Shown here in pieces: positions 23,706 to 35,563 of a stretch of 64,000 nucleotides of DNA. The notes beneath the pieces were generated by a model, which saw only the letters and a program-made list of their open reading frames with translations, made no database searches and was not told the DNA's origin. The stretch is taken from the NCBI RefSeq assembly GCF_006345805.1, contig NC_043000.1, positions 125,612,001 through 125,676,000 on the forward strand, read 5' to 3'. Both the position numbers and the translations under genes were made by a program. The stretch comes from Octopus sinensis. Lineage: Eukaryota. Every line of letters starts with the position of its first letter. The first letter of the stretch is position 1.

Positions 23706-25850
23706 CTAAGAATCATCTTCTGTCTACTTCTCAGCTTCGGAATTAGCGATATGGATTTTTCAGTTATTCCAAGTGTTGGTACTTCAGATGTGGCTTGTAG
23801 ATTGAAAATATCTGAAGATTTTTTTATAGGAAGTAATTATAAGTTACACCCCCAACTTTCAGTGAAAATTTCAGGGGAAAAAGTGCAACTTATAGCCGAG
23901 CATATCAGGTCCTTTTGTTAAAATTTGAGAGACTGAGTATGATATGAAAAGATTGCTGCTGCTACTGGAGTCCTGATATACTTGCACACTGTCACTAACC
24001 AGACTGTGCACAATACTAACAACTGATGTCAGTCCTGTTAATATAATTGGTGTGACATAACAATATGACCTGTATGATTAGACCAAGAAGCCAAAAGAGA
24101 TCATTTTGCAGGAGGTGGGGGAGAATTAATTGGGGTAAAGAGTAGAGAAGGTTAGATATTGATAGCTCTGAGCTATTATTTCCTTGTTAAATATGTTAGA
24201 GGTCCTAACTCTTGCTATCCTTATTTTAAATATTTTGAAGACAGACCAGCCATATGCCTCACATGACTACATTGTACTGAATTCCTTTTCCAGTTGAACA
24301 AACCCTATTAATTGGTGTCATCATACAGTGAAGGAGTGTGGTCTTGTGGTTAGGGTCTGGCATGCATGATCTCTAGACTGTGGTTTCATTTCCTGGAGTA
24401 GGTGGTATGTTGTGTTCTTGAGCAAAACACTTCATTCCACATTCACTGAACTGTAAATGAGTAACCCTACCTCAAACTGACAACTTGTTCCAGGGAATTT
24501 GAACTCGGAACGCAAAGAACCAGAACAAATGCCACAAAACATCTGGTCTGGTGTTCCTAGTTTCTCCCAATCTCTTCCCCTAGTTTAGTAATTTTTTTAT
24601 ATTGATTCTGAATGGATGAAAGGTAAAGTGGCCCTCAGCAGGATTTGAACCTAATATACACAATTTTGGAACAAATACTGCTAGACATTATATTTGATGC
24701 TTTTATGCCAAATCATCACCTATAATTATATTTATGATACTTATATTAATGAGTTTTGTGCTCTAGTTAATTTTATAATTTTACCTTGTAAAATATGTTT
24801 GTTTTTTAAATAAATTTAATTTATTCCACACATATCCACCTCCTACATTTCATGAGATGTTACTACTGTAACCTTTTTTCTTTTTTTACCCGATATCTGA
24901 ATCTGTAAATAAATGCTGTTTTATACACTTCTTGTTTGCAAGGCCATCTAATCCTTCTGCTTGCTCTGCTGTAGTATTGCTACTTAACTAACTGTAATGT
25001 AAAGCTTTATTGCTCTTGACAAAGCTTCAGTCAAGATATTGTTATAAAAAACGTCTCTAGTTAACCTTGATCAAGCAGATCTCTGATCAAAGGCATTCCA
25101 GCCATGACCATCCCATCTTTATCATATGTAAGAATACATTATCCAATACACTCTTCCTTTTGTAAGATATGAGAGTGTTATTTGCTTTCTAGTTAGATTA
25201 ATCTGAATTAACCCTCCAAAATCTTACAAATTTTTTTGAGCTGTCTGAAACAAGCAATTAAAGATTTTACATCTCTGTCTTTTTTGGTTTTTTTTCATCC
25301 CCCCCCCATTCTAAACAACTCATCTTTTCAATATAAAACACTAGACAAGTAATAAAAAGAATTAGTATTAGATAGATGATGATGTTTAGAAATTATTGAA
25401 GTCTGTCTGTAACCAGTATGATTTGATTTGGCATCTCATATTTATCTCTGAACTACAGATTGGTTTTTTTTCTTTCTTTTTTTTTGCTTTGTTTTATTTT
25501 TTTATCATTAATAACATTATTTAGGAATTTGGTTTCAAGTAGCGTGGCAGACCGTTTAAAACAAAAATATTTTTATATTACCTGACAAACAGTATTGATG
25601 ATGAAATATTTATAATGTACAGCTACCAATCAACCTAAGTGCTGTTAAGTTGCATAAGGGTATGAATCTAAAACAAATTTATGTTGATTATTTTTTTAGA
25701 ATTGCATTTGAAGTTGGTGAATGAGAAAAAGTTTTTCACTTCCCTTCTGAAATGCCTCAGGCAGGTTTGTATCGAAAGGGTTAAAGGGTTATTGATGAAA
25801 GGCAGACTTTTACTTCCAGTTTTCTGATATATATATATATATATATATAT

Positions 25851-26266
25851 ACTCTTTTACTCTCTCTCTTTTACTTGTTCCAGTCATGTGACTGTGGCCA
25901 TGCTGAAGCACTGCCTTTAGTCGAGCAAATCGATCCCCGGACTTATTCTTTGTAAGCCTAGTACTTACTCTATCGGTCTCTTTTGGCGCAACACTAAGTT
26001 ATGGGGACATAAACACACCAGCATCGGTTGTCAAGTGATGTTGAGGGGATAAACACAAACACACACACACACACACACATATATATACACATATACATAT
26101 ATACGATAGGCTTCTTTCAGTTTCCATCTACCAAATCCACTCACAAGGCTTTGGCCGACCTGAGCTATAGTAGAAGACACTTGTCCAAGTTGCCACACAG
26201 TGGGACTGAACCCGGAACTATGTGGTTGGTAAGCAAGCTACTTACCACACAGCTACTCCTACGCCT
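25851..26266 (-). mobile_element. SINE family B full-length, relatively intact, with internal (CA)/(TA) microsatellite
   Basis: (ACTCTTTT)n tail, body, internal (CA)n(TA)n, then head ending CACAGCTACTCCTACGCC. Confidence 0.88.
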
Positions 26267-26322
26267 ACATATATATATGTGCTAGCGCGGAAAACGGACG
26301 TTAAACGATGATAATGATGATC

Positions 26323-26680
26323 GTCATCATCATCATCATTTAATGTTCATTGTCCATGTTGGCATGGGTTGGATGGATTGACAGGAGCAGGCAAGCCAGA
26401 AGGTTGCACCAGGTTCCAGTTAGTTTAGCTTTGATTTCTATGACTGGATAACCTTCCTAATGCCCATCACATTATAGAGTATACTGGGTGCTTTTTACAT
26501 TGTGCCAGCAAGGATGCTCTTTATATGGCACTGGCATAGGTGTTGTAACATGGCACCAGCATGGGTGCTCTTTTACATGGCACCAGGCCAGCACAGGTGC
26601 TTCTCACATGGTGCTAGGGTAACTGCTTTCCATGTGACGCCAGCATGGGTGCCTTTCATGTGGCGCTAGCACAGGTCATT
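26323..26680 (-). mobile_element. RTE 3'-UTR-derived non-autonomous element with tandem TGGCACCAGCA units
   Basis: (CAT)n tail, CCATGTTGGCATGGGTTGGA, then about five degenerate units. Confidence 0.75.
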
Positions 26681-27313
26681 TTTTTGGTCAGCCCAAGGCT
26701 ATAGTAGAAGACACTTGTCCAAGGTTCCACACAGTGGGACTGAACCCGGAACCATGTGGTTAGTAAGCAAGCAACTTACCACACAGCCACTCCTGTGCCT
26801 ATATATATATATATATATATATCAAATAAATACTTTTGTGATATTTAGATCAAGAGTAAATATTTTTCCTTGGTGTTGTTTATAAAGTGTTTTTTGTTTT
26901 GGAATGAAGGTTATATAATTGACTTCTTCAACTGTACAAACAACATTTATTGTTGGCTTCTTACAGAAACAACTTTTTTTATATTGTAGGAATCTTAATG
27001 CAATGATGTTATTTCTTTAATATGAAAGCTTGCACCAATGCACAGTTACGTCCACCTTGTTGGACAAATTTGCAATCGCTTAGATAAACTGTAAGGGTTA
27101 AATCTATTACTGGCTTGGATATTTTTACTCTCGCTAACTACTCAGTATTGTTACGAATAATAAGAGCAGAAATAAACAAAAGATGGAAGATAATTCCTCT
27201 CTTTTATTTATGTGGATAAAGGAAATTGAAGACTATATCCAGTATATTATAACACTACTATAAGTCTGCAGCGAAGAAGAAAAATGCTCAAATATTTCCT
27301 GCTTCTGTGTGTA

Positions 27314-27346
<33 letters not shown>

Positions 27347-27790
27347 ATGTATGTATATAGATATATTCATAGATACACATACACACACACACACACAGAT
27401 AAAAAGATAGATATTATTAATGAACATCACAACTTCTGTAATGTGTCTGAATGATGAGAGCTTGGCAAATTGTGTTTAATCAACTGTGTTTTATGATTGC
27501 TGCCATCCAGCTATTCTCTTTGGCTATCATCTTCACTCTTCACTACTGTTGCTATGCTGAATAATTTCATCACCACTCTATTTTCATCACCCACACACAT
27601 ATTTGCTTATGTGTGTATGTGTGTGTATACATATATATATACATATATATATATATAATATGTATGTATAAAACAAAACCCAGCCTTTTCTGATTATCTT
27701 ATTACCATGTTTTTGTCTTTTTTTTATGTATTTTTTCTTTCTTTCATATGCTTCTTTTTATGTATGAACAGTAGTGGTTCTAACAACAGC

Positions 27791-27823
<33 letters not shown>

Positions 27824-28744
27824 GAGGAGGAGGCTGGGATGAAGATAATAACTATTATTGACCTGTTGTTTTTCTCTAGTATGTTTAATAAAAAAAATAT
27901 ATCCCCAAATGAAAAAAAAATAAACAAAAACTTTTATTAATGTTTATAGACATTATCTAATGATGTTACTTGAGAACTTAACATAAAATTTTATTCTTAG
28001 AAAGACAAATATGAGTTATTTTTTTTTTAAACATCTGTGTATGAATTGATCAACCAAACAACTGATTTTGACTAAGCATTTTTTATTTAATCTTTTTCTC
28101 CTTTTTTTGATAACTCATGATATGAAGATGTTATTGCATATAAGTGGAGTTTTATTAAAACAAATCTGAATCAAGAATGTGTGGACTTAAGAGAAGTTAA
28201 GTTGAATCAGTTTTTAGTATTAAGCATTTGTATACAACTCAAGTATATCTCTAAATATAGTAAATTTTATTGGTTTTTTTTTTTTAGATAACTTTTCTGT
28301 GAGATAAGCTGAAATAGTTTTATGCAATTACAAGTTTTCATAATGGGTCCCATCTTTATGAAGCACATTTATAAACTCACGCATACACATTTATATAAAA
28401 GGTTTTAAATTTTAGGCTATGCAATCACAACAGAATTCAAAAAAGCTAATACACAAATGTTTGAGTTCTGTTTATATAAGTTATGCTGTGAAACATTGAT
28501 ACCATAAAATTAACTAGCAATATTGTTCAACATATATTGAACTGGTATTCATTTTATAAAATGTTTTGTTGTTTTTAGCTGAGATACTACCAATTATGCG
28601 AAAGGAACTGATAGATTCATAGCCTTGTAATAAAATGCAAAATTGATGATGATGATTTATTAGCCAAAAGGCTGTCAGATCAGGCAGACATCACAAAGAC
28701 AATGGGGATTTGCATGAAATCAAGGTAAAAAAAAAAAAAGCTGA

Positions 28745-29620
28745 GGAGGAATGAGATGGGTGATGCAGTCCCTTGATTCATGGTTGCTTCCAACTAGGGC
28801 TAGTCAAGGACCCCATAGATCCAAAATCACTCTGACACCCCTAAGGGACAATCTCTTTCTCATTTGTTGTTCCCTAATCTGCAAACACATGCTTAAAGTA
28901 GTTCCATTCACCCTAACCGTTTATGTCACAATCACTGACTTTTTGACAAGGAGAGTGTCTCCCTTCCCACCCTTATTTTCCTTTCCAGGTCTAACTTAAG
29001 AAGCTGATGAGGGCTTGACTGAAGATGAAGGTGTCAGACCTCAATCCTTTCACCTTCATCCACCACCAGATCTATTTCTCTGTAGCCACCAGACAGATAA
29101 CAACTACCTGCCCAACCGTATTAAAGAAAAGCAGTAAGATGATCTTCGCAACGGACTGAGTCAATAGCTGCATCTGTCTTACACAGAGCAGCATCTGCTC
29201 GAAAATACTCCACAAGTCAGTAATGCAGGCACAATATACAGGTGTGTGCAGCTAGGTTTCATCATTCTCTGTGCATCTGTAATAGCCCTCCTTGCAGCAC
29301 TTCCATGCCTGTTGACTATTTTGAATTGGTAATACCCTTCAGTAGTATTGCCAGGTTAAGGATCTTTGGAAGGTATCCATAGTAGACCCCAGTGCAAAAG
29401 CTTCTCTGGAGGAGTTCAGACAGTTCATCATAATTGATGATCAGAGTTTCCCCGAGGGCGTCACCACTCTTACACCACCACTAAATCTCTGTATATTGCT
29501 AAAATGGAATTTCCACGAACTACATTTCATGACTGGTAGAGGGCAGTGAGTGCTTGATGATATTCCAGATGGCAGGCACCCAATTTTGGTCTTCCTTTGA
29601 TCCATGACTGCAGCTCCTCC
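28745..29620 (-). mobile_element. L1/Tx1-like LINE 3' relic
   Basis: Minus strand reads DET*LHTPVYCACITDLW (zf-RVT-like E-x3-H-x4-C) and CLVATEK*IWWWMKVKGLRSDTFIFSQALI. Confidence 0.55.
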
Positions 29621-29889
29621 AAATCACTCTCTCCCTCTCTCTCTCACACACACACATAGATATAAACACATTCTTGGCATCTGGCTCAATTAATAAATTA
29701 CTGACACGTTAGCAATGTTTGCTTTCAATATTATATATAGTACTTCAGAATATATCTATAGATTTTTAGCCAAGTTGTATATATAGATGGATGCAAACAA
29801 TTCATCTGTATATGCAGTCTCTTTGTGGTCATAATCTCCTCCTCACACATTTTGCTTATTATTATTATCATTATTTTGGTTTGGCTCAG

Positions 29890-30330
29890 GTTCAGTCTTA
29901 TTCTTGATGGGAATTATGTGGATAGCAGGTTACTACCTGTAACCTTAGGTATCCACAAGTTTTCAGCAGTCTTTCAATTGCTTAGGACCCTCCTGATAAT
30001 CTTTACTGTTCCTAAGAGACAAACTTTCTGTAGGAGCTCTACCGGGCATTCTTTTTTTAATCTCCTTCAGCTATATGTCTTCCTGTTCCCAATGCACCAA
30101 TTATTGTAGGCACAGCCTTTACTGTTCACATGCTCCAAATTCTTCCTATTTCAAATTTTAAGGGATTGTATTAATCTTGTTTTTCTTCCTCTTTCTTTGC
30201 GATCCTGGAATCAAATGAGCATGATGGGTCAATAAATAAGCAACTTTGCTTTTACAATTGTTATATATAGTCTATCAATTTCTAATTTCTTGTCCATTTC
30301 AATAGGAAAGTCCCACAGAATGTTGTTATT
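29890..30330 (-). mobile_element. R4/Dong-like LINE restriction-like endonuclease relic
   Basis: Minus strand ILWDFPIEMDKKL..FIDPSCSFDSRIAKKEEEKQD*YNPLKFEIGRIW..AVPTIIGALGT..ELLQKVCLLGTVKIIRRVL. Confidence 0.72.
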
Positions 30331-30399
30331 ATGTTATGACATCACACAGTATCCAATATTGTGATGTTGTTGATTAAAGATATTGTGTCTACTGGGGAT

Positions 30400-30750
30400 T
30401 TGTACTGTCTGCCAAGTCACAACACGGACCTCAAACAGACAGAACTTTATGCAATATGCATGCAGTTCCAACTAATGCCGATTTTGACAATACACCTAGT
30501 CTATAGAGTATTTCTAAAGTTTCCAGGCATTCCTTCAAGTTGGGTTGTATTGAATCCAATGCTTTGATGACAACAAGGACAACCTTTATATTCGACTCTC
30601 GTCATTGCTGCCTCATCTTGGCAATCTCAATTCTCAGGTCTCCATATTTATCTTGTTTGCTCCTTCTAAAGGTTACTATATCCAGCCTTCAGTGCTCTAA
30701 CACCTTTGTCTGAAAGTCAAACTCCCCAAGGATTTTTGCCTTCTTCATTA
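30400..30750 (-). mobile_element. Second, more diverged R4/Dong-like RLE relic
   Basis: Minus strand fragments DKYGDLRIEIAKM and IKVVLVVIKALDS; adjoins (ATT)n. Confidence 0.55.
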
Positions 30751-30810
30751 TTATTATTTGTTTGGTAAATCCATGTAGTTTATTATGATTATTATTATTA
30801 TTATTATTAT

Positions 30811-31320
30811 TGTGGTGAGTTGGCAGAATCATTAGCATGTGGAGCAAAATGCTTACCAGCATTTGGTCTGTCCTTATATTGTGAGTTCAAATTCTGCTAT
30901 GGTTGACTTTGCCTTCATCCTTTCGGGGTCGATGAAATAAGTACCAGTGAAGTACTGGGGTCGATGTAATTGACTAGCCCCACCCTCCCAAATTTTAGTT
31001 CAAGTCTTGTGCCTATAGTAGAAAGGATTACTGTTATTATTATTATTATTTGAGTTCAAATTCCGCCAAGGTAGACTTTTCATCCTTTCAGGGCCAAAAA
31101 CTTAAGTACCAGTGGAGTACTGGGGTCGATGTAATTGACTAGCCCCGCCCTCCCAAATTTTAGTTCAGGTCTTGTGCCTACAGTAGATAGGATTATTATA
31201 ATAATAATTATTATTATTTGAGTTCAAATTCTGCCGAGGTCAACTTTGCCTTTCATCTTTTCAGGTTCGATAAATTAAGTACCAATGAAACACTGGGGTC
31301 AATTTAATCGCCTAGTCCCT
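30811..31320 (+). mobile_element. SINE family A with three tandem units separated by (ATT)n
   Basis: Head GGTGAGTTGGCAGAATC then three GAGTTCAAATTC..AAGTACCA units. Confidence 0.82.
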
Positions 31321-31321
31321 T

Positions 31322-31470
31322 GCATTAGGAAGGGCATCCAGCTGTAGAAACTCTACCAGATCAGATTGGAGCCTGGTGCAGCCATCTGGTTTGCCAGTCC
31401 TCAGTCAAATCATCCAAACCATGCTAGCATGGAAAGCGGACGTTAAACGATGATGATGATGATGATGATG
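31322..31470 (+). mobile_element. RTE 3' tail fragment
   Basis: GCATTAGGAAGGGCATCCAGCTGTAGAAAC..CCATGCTAGCATGGAAAGCGGACGTTAAACGATGATG. Confidence 0.85.
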
Positions 31471-32063
31471 ACTGTCAACAATATGCTCTGCAGTGTATCT
31501 GAGAGGCTGGCAGTAAGGGCTGCTCCCGATTGTTTCTGGATTGCACAAGGAGGGTCTCTGCAATTTTTGGCAATGCATATGACAGTTGCCTTCTTTTTCT
31601 TTGATGCCTGTATTATCATTTTGGGTTGAAAAAACACCTTTTTTTTTTTTTTTTTTTTCCCCCATCTTTCACGTTATATTGCCATGTAAGTTTCCCATCC
31701 ATCTAAATCTTGCATGTCTTGAGCTTGCTTCTTGGAAGCAATGTATGCTACTGAGAAAACTGGTGCTATATTCCAATATCTACCATTATTTAACAAAGCT
31801 GTGTGTTTGTGTGTGTTGCTCACAAAAAAAAGAACAAGTTACTAGAATTATTCATATTGATGCCATTGTCAATAGAAAAAGTCATTCTTTTTCTTTTCAT
31901 CTAAATGTGTTTGTGTTGCTGTGCAATATTCCTGTTCATTTTTATGTTTACAAATGTTGTTTTCATTTACAAATATCTTTTTCTTTAACGTCATATTATT
32001 ACTATTTCTCAGAGCTAGTTTGTACATTATACATAGACAAGAACATGTGTGTGTATGCATGTG

Positions 32064-32105
<42 letters not shown>

Positions 32106-32317
32106 CATAAAATACACACTCTCACACATATATATACCATATAGTGTGTGTGTAAAGACAAGCCTTATTTTTTTTGTCTGAACCTCATATGGGCGGACTT
32201 CCAAATTCTCTAAAGGTTCGCTGTGTGAGAATATATTTGAAAAATTATTATTCCACTCAGGTAAAATCCAGCATTTCAAAGAGTAATTTCGGAAGCACAT
32301 CTGGACTTGTCAGCAAG

Positions 32318-32355
<38 letters not shown>

Positions 32356-32672
32356 GGTGATGGTAGTAGTAGTAGTGGTAGTAGTAGTCATAGTAATAAT
32401 AGAAAGAAGGAATTTATAATCCACAGATATTAATAAATACTGCTGTGTTCTGTACTGCATCGTCTTCATAATTTGTATATTCCTCATGATTTGTGTAGCT
32501 CATCTAGAAAATCGTAATATTATTCATTATTTATATATTTGTGAAATTTGTAAAAGATAATTCCTTTCATGTGCCAATTCAAAATAGACTAGGACCCTGT
32601 ATATGTGTATATATTAGCTACGATTACATCTTCTCAAAGTTTTAAACCATTCAGCTTTTGTGTTTATATATA

Positions 32673-32706
<34 letters not shown>

Positions 32707-33081
32707 GTATAGGATAATCAGTAAGATGTCATAATAGAACTCTGAGTTTCAAATGCTGGAGCAAAGAGCTTCGAGGCATTTCATCAGCTATTTAGATGAT
32801 AGACGTTATGAAAAAAAAAAACAAAAAAAAAACGTTGAATAAAAGTGAAGTTACTCTAATAGGCATGAAAAACATATAAAAAATATAAAATTAAAAAATA
32901 AAAAAAAAATAATAAAAAATACACGCAAACACATTCTTACAATAGAAAGAAACCTTCTGCGTTCATAAAATCTACATATGTACACATTCAGACAGACGTG
33001 TGTATATATAATATATATGCCCATACACACATTTACATGCTCATATACACATCTCTACACACATACAAGCATATACATGTA

Positions 33082-33431
33082 TATGCATGCCAGCGCCGCC
33101 TTGACTGGCTTCCATGCCGGTGGCACGTAAAAAGCACCATCCGAATCGTGGCCGATGCCAGTGCCGCCTCGACAGGCTTCCATGCCGGTGGCACGTAAAA
33201 TGCACCAATCCGACCGTGGCCATTGCCAGCCTCACCTGGCACCTGTGCAGGTGGCACGTAAAAAGCACCCACTACACTCACGGAGTGGCTGGCGTTAGGA
33301 AGGGCATCCAGCTGTGGAAACACTGCCAGATAAGACTGGAGCCCGGTGCAGCCTTCTGGCTTCCCAGATCCACGGTCGAACCGTCCAACCCATGCTAGCA
33401 TGGAGAACGGACGTTAAACGATGATGATGAT
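33082..33431 (+). mobile_element. RTE 3'-UTR fragment with three GGTGGCACGTAAAA units
   Basis: Very similar to 10680-10953. Confidence 0.87.
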
Positions 33432-33519
33432 GTGTATAAATACACACACATATGTATGTATACACAACTTCATCCTGTTTACATTTGTGTATGAGTATAC
33501 ACTAAAGATGTACAGAAAA

Positions 33520-33958
33520 CGGATTCCATCACATGCCAGGGAGAAAAAAACTAGTTGATAGTTTCCATTACCTAGGTGACTATGTTAGTAGCTGGGGTGG
33601 ATGCTCTGAGAGCGTACCTGTCGAGTCAAGTGAAATCATTGTCATGGCCGATGCCAGTGCCACCTAACTGGCACATGTGCTGGTGGCACATAAAAAGCAC
33701 CATTCTAGCGTGGCCGATGTCAGTGGAGGAAGTACGTAAAAAGCACCATTCAATGTCGATGCCAGTGCCACCTTACTGGCTCCCATGCTGGTGGCACGTA
33801 AAAAGCACCCACTACACTCTCAGAGTGATGGGCGTTATGAAGGGCATCCAACTTGCCAGAACAGATTGGAGCCTGGTGCAGCCTCCTGGCTTGTCAGTCA
33901 AGCCATCCAACCCATGCCAACATGGAAAGTAGATGTTAAGCGATGATCATGATGATGA
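33520..33958 (+). mobile_element. Internally deleted RTE derivative (RT scrap joined to 3' UTR)
   Basis: CCAGGGAGAAAAAAACTAGTTGATAGTTTCCATTACCTAGGTGAC (the QGEKL..VDSF.YLGD region) is joined almost directly to 3' UTR units and the (GAT)n tail. Confidence 0.78.
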
Positions 33959-34202
33959 CATATATACATATATTGTATCTGATGTTTTTAATATGTTGAT
34001 GTGTTTAATTTGTTTATCCACATAATTGCCTTTATATCCGCTCAATTCAATCCCTCTTATAGGTGTCTTTACCTTGTAGAATCGATCCCCCTGTAAACAC
34101 TTCAGAGTCTAAGTTAGAATCTTTTGAGCACTACTAAATGTCTTCCATACTGAGAATCTCTATGGTCTATATATGCATATCACTAGCCACTACACATTCT
34201 TT

Positions 34203-34589
34203 GTGGAGGCACAATGGCCCAGTGGTTAGGGCAGCGGACTCGCGGTCATAGGATCGCGGTTTCGATTCTCAGACCGGGCGTTGTGAGTGTTTATTGAGCG
34301 AAAACACCTAAAGCTCCACGAGGCTCCGGCAGGGGATGGTGGTGATCCCTGCTGTACTCTTTCACCACAACTTTCTCTCACTCTTACTTCTTGTTTCTGT
34401 TGTACCTGTATTTCAAAGGGCCGGCCTTGTCACTCTCTGTGTCACGCTGAATATCCACGAGAACTACGTTAAGGGTACACGTGTCTGTGGAGTGCTCAGC
34501 CACTTACACGTTAATTTCACGAGCAAGCTGTTCCGTTGATTCGGATCAACCGGAACCCTCATCGTCGTAACTGACGGAGTGCTTCCACC
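34203..34589 (+). mobile_element. tRNA(Arg-like)-derived SINE (family D), full length with 11-bp TSD
   Basis: TGGCCCAGTGGTTAGGGCAGCGGACTCGCGG..GGTTTCGATTCTC; CpG-rich; ACACATTCTTT at 34192-34202 and 34590-34600. Confidence 0.85.
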
Positions 34590-34949
34590 ACACATTCTTT
34601 ATTTTCTCTCCTTGTTTCTTTCTGCGTTCCTCTCTGTGGAAGAGCATTGGCTCGAAATGGTAATGACTTTTTCAGTACTCGAGCATTTTACTAATACATC
34701 TGTTTGTTGTCTACACCACCTGTCTTCGTCTTTTGCTCTTTTGTGAATTCTCCCTATATAGGCATGGTTCCAAGTTCAGTCCTTGATTTGTGAGTTTACC
34801 CCTGAAAGATAGACTGAGTTGAACCTGGAATCACCCAAGTGCAAACTGTTTTACTTCACCAGCCTCCTATTTGAGAAACTATCTGCTGTTTTCCCTCTTT
34901 GTATGAACAGCAAACTATGGACAAAAAATCACAACTGTCATATAATCAC

Positions 34950-35526
34950 TACCTCTTTCTTTTCTCTCTCTTCTTTCTTCCCCAATCATTTTCTCTCTCT
35001 CTTCTTTCTTTCTCTTTCTCTCTCCTTTCATTATTCTCTTATACTTTCCCTATCTCTCTCTCTCTCTTTCCTTATTTCTCTCTTTTTCTACACTTTCCTC
35101 TCTTCCACTATCTCTCTCTCATCTTTCTCTCTCTCCCTTATCTTTCTCTTTTTTCCCTTATCTTTCTCTCTCTCTTCTCTTTATCTTTCTCTTTTTCTTC
35201 ATCTGTCTTTTTCTTTTCCTAACTTTCTCTCTCTCTCTTTCTTCTATCATTCTCTTTCTTCTCCTGTCTTTCTCTATTCCCCTATCTTCCTCTCTCTTTC
35301 TTTTCCCCCGCTCTCTTTCTTTTTCCCTCTCTCTCTTTCTCTTCCACTCTCTCTCTATTCCTCTATCTTCCTCTCTCTTTCTCCTCCACTTTCTCTCTAT
35401 TCCCCTATCATCTGCTCTCTTCCACTCTCTCTATTCCCCTATTTTCTCTCTTTCTCCACTTTCTCTATTCCCCTATCTTCCACTTTCTCTCTCTCCCTCC
35501 CCTTTCTTCCTCTCTCTCCTTCTCTC

Positions 35527-35562
<36 letters not shown>
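34950..35562 (+). repeat. About 610-nt polypyrimidine (CT-rich) low-complexity tract
   Basis: Almost only C/T on the + strand; ends in (CT)n; source of ORF 34819..35565. Confidence 0.95.

Positions 35563-35563
<1 letters not shown>

Larger units (their letters stand above)
23141..23909 (-). mobile_element. Internally deleted pogo-family (Tc1/mariner superfamily) DNA transposon remnant
   Basis: Left end TA-CCATATATACTTGACTATAA; right end reverse complement CCTGATATGCTCGGCTATAAGTTGCACTTTTT..GGGGGTGTAACTTATA. Minus-strand 23423-23328 encodes MKRKKNSYDITFKLNVVEYTKLHSNRTAERE*, a Brinker-type DNA-binding domain start typical of pogo transposases. Confidence 0.72.

Noticed and set aside
31586-32300. 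174-aa and 143-aa overlapping ORFs
   Set aside because: Low-complexity T-runs and microsatellite content, no domain motifs.
34205-34280. Possible tRNA genes (also 11657-11730 and 56460-56537)
   Set aside because: A and B boxes are present but the acceptor stem does not close and each continues into a SINE body, one with a TSD; these are SINE heads.
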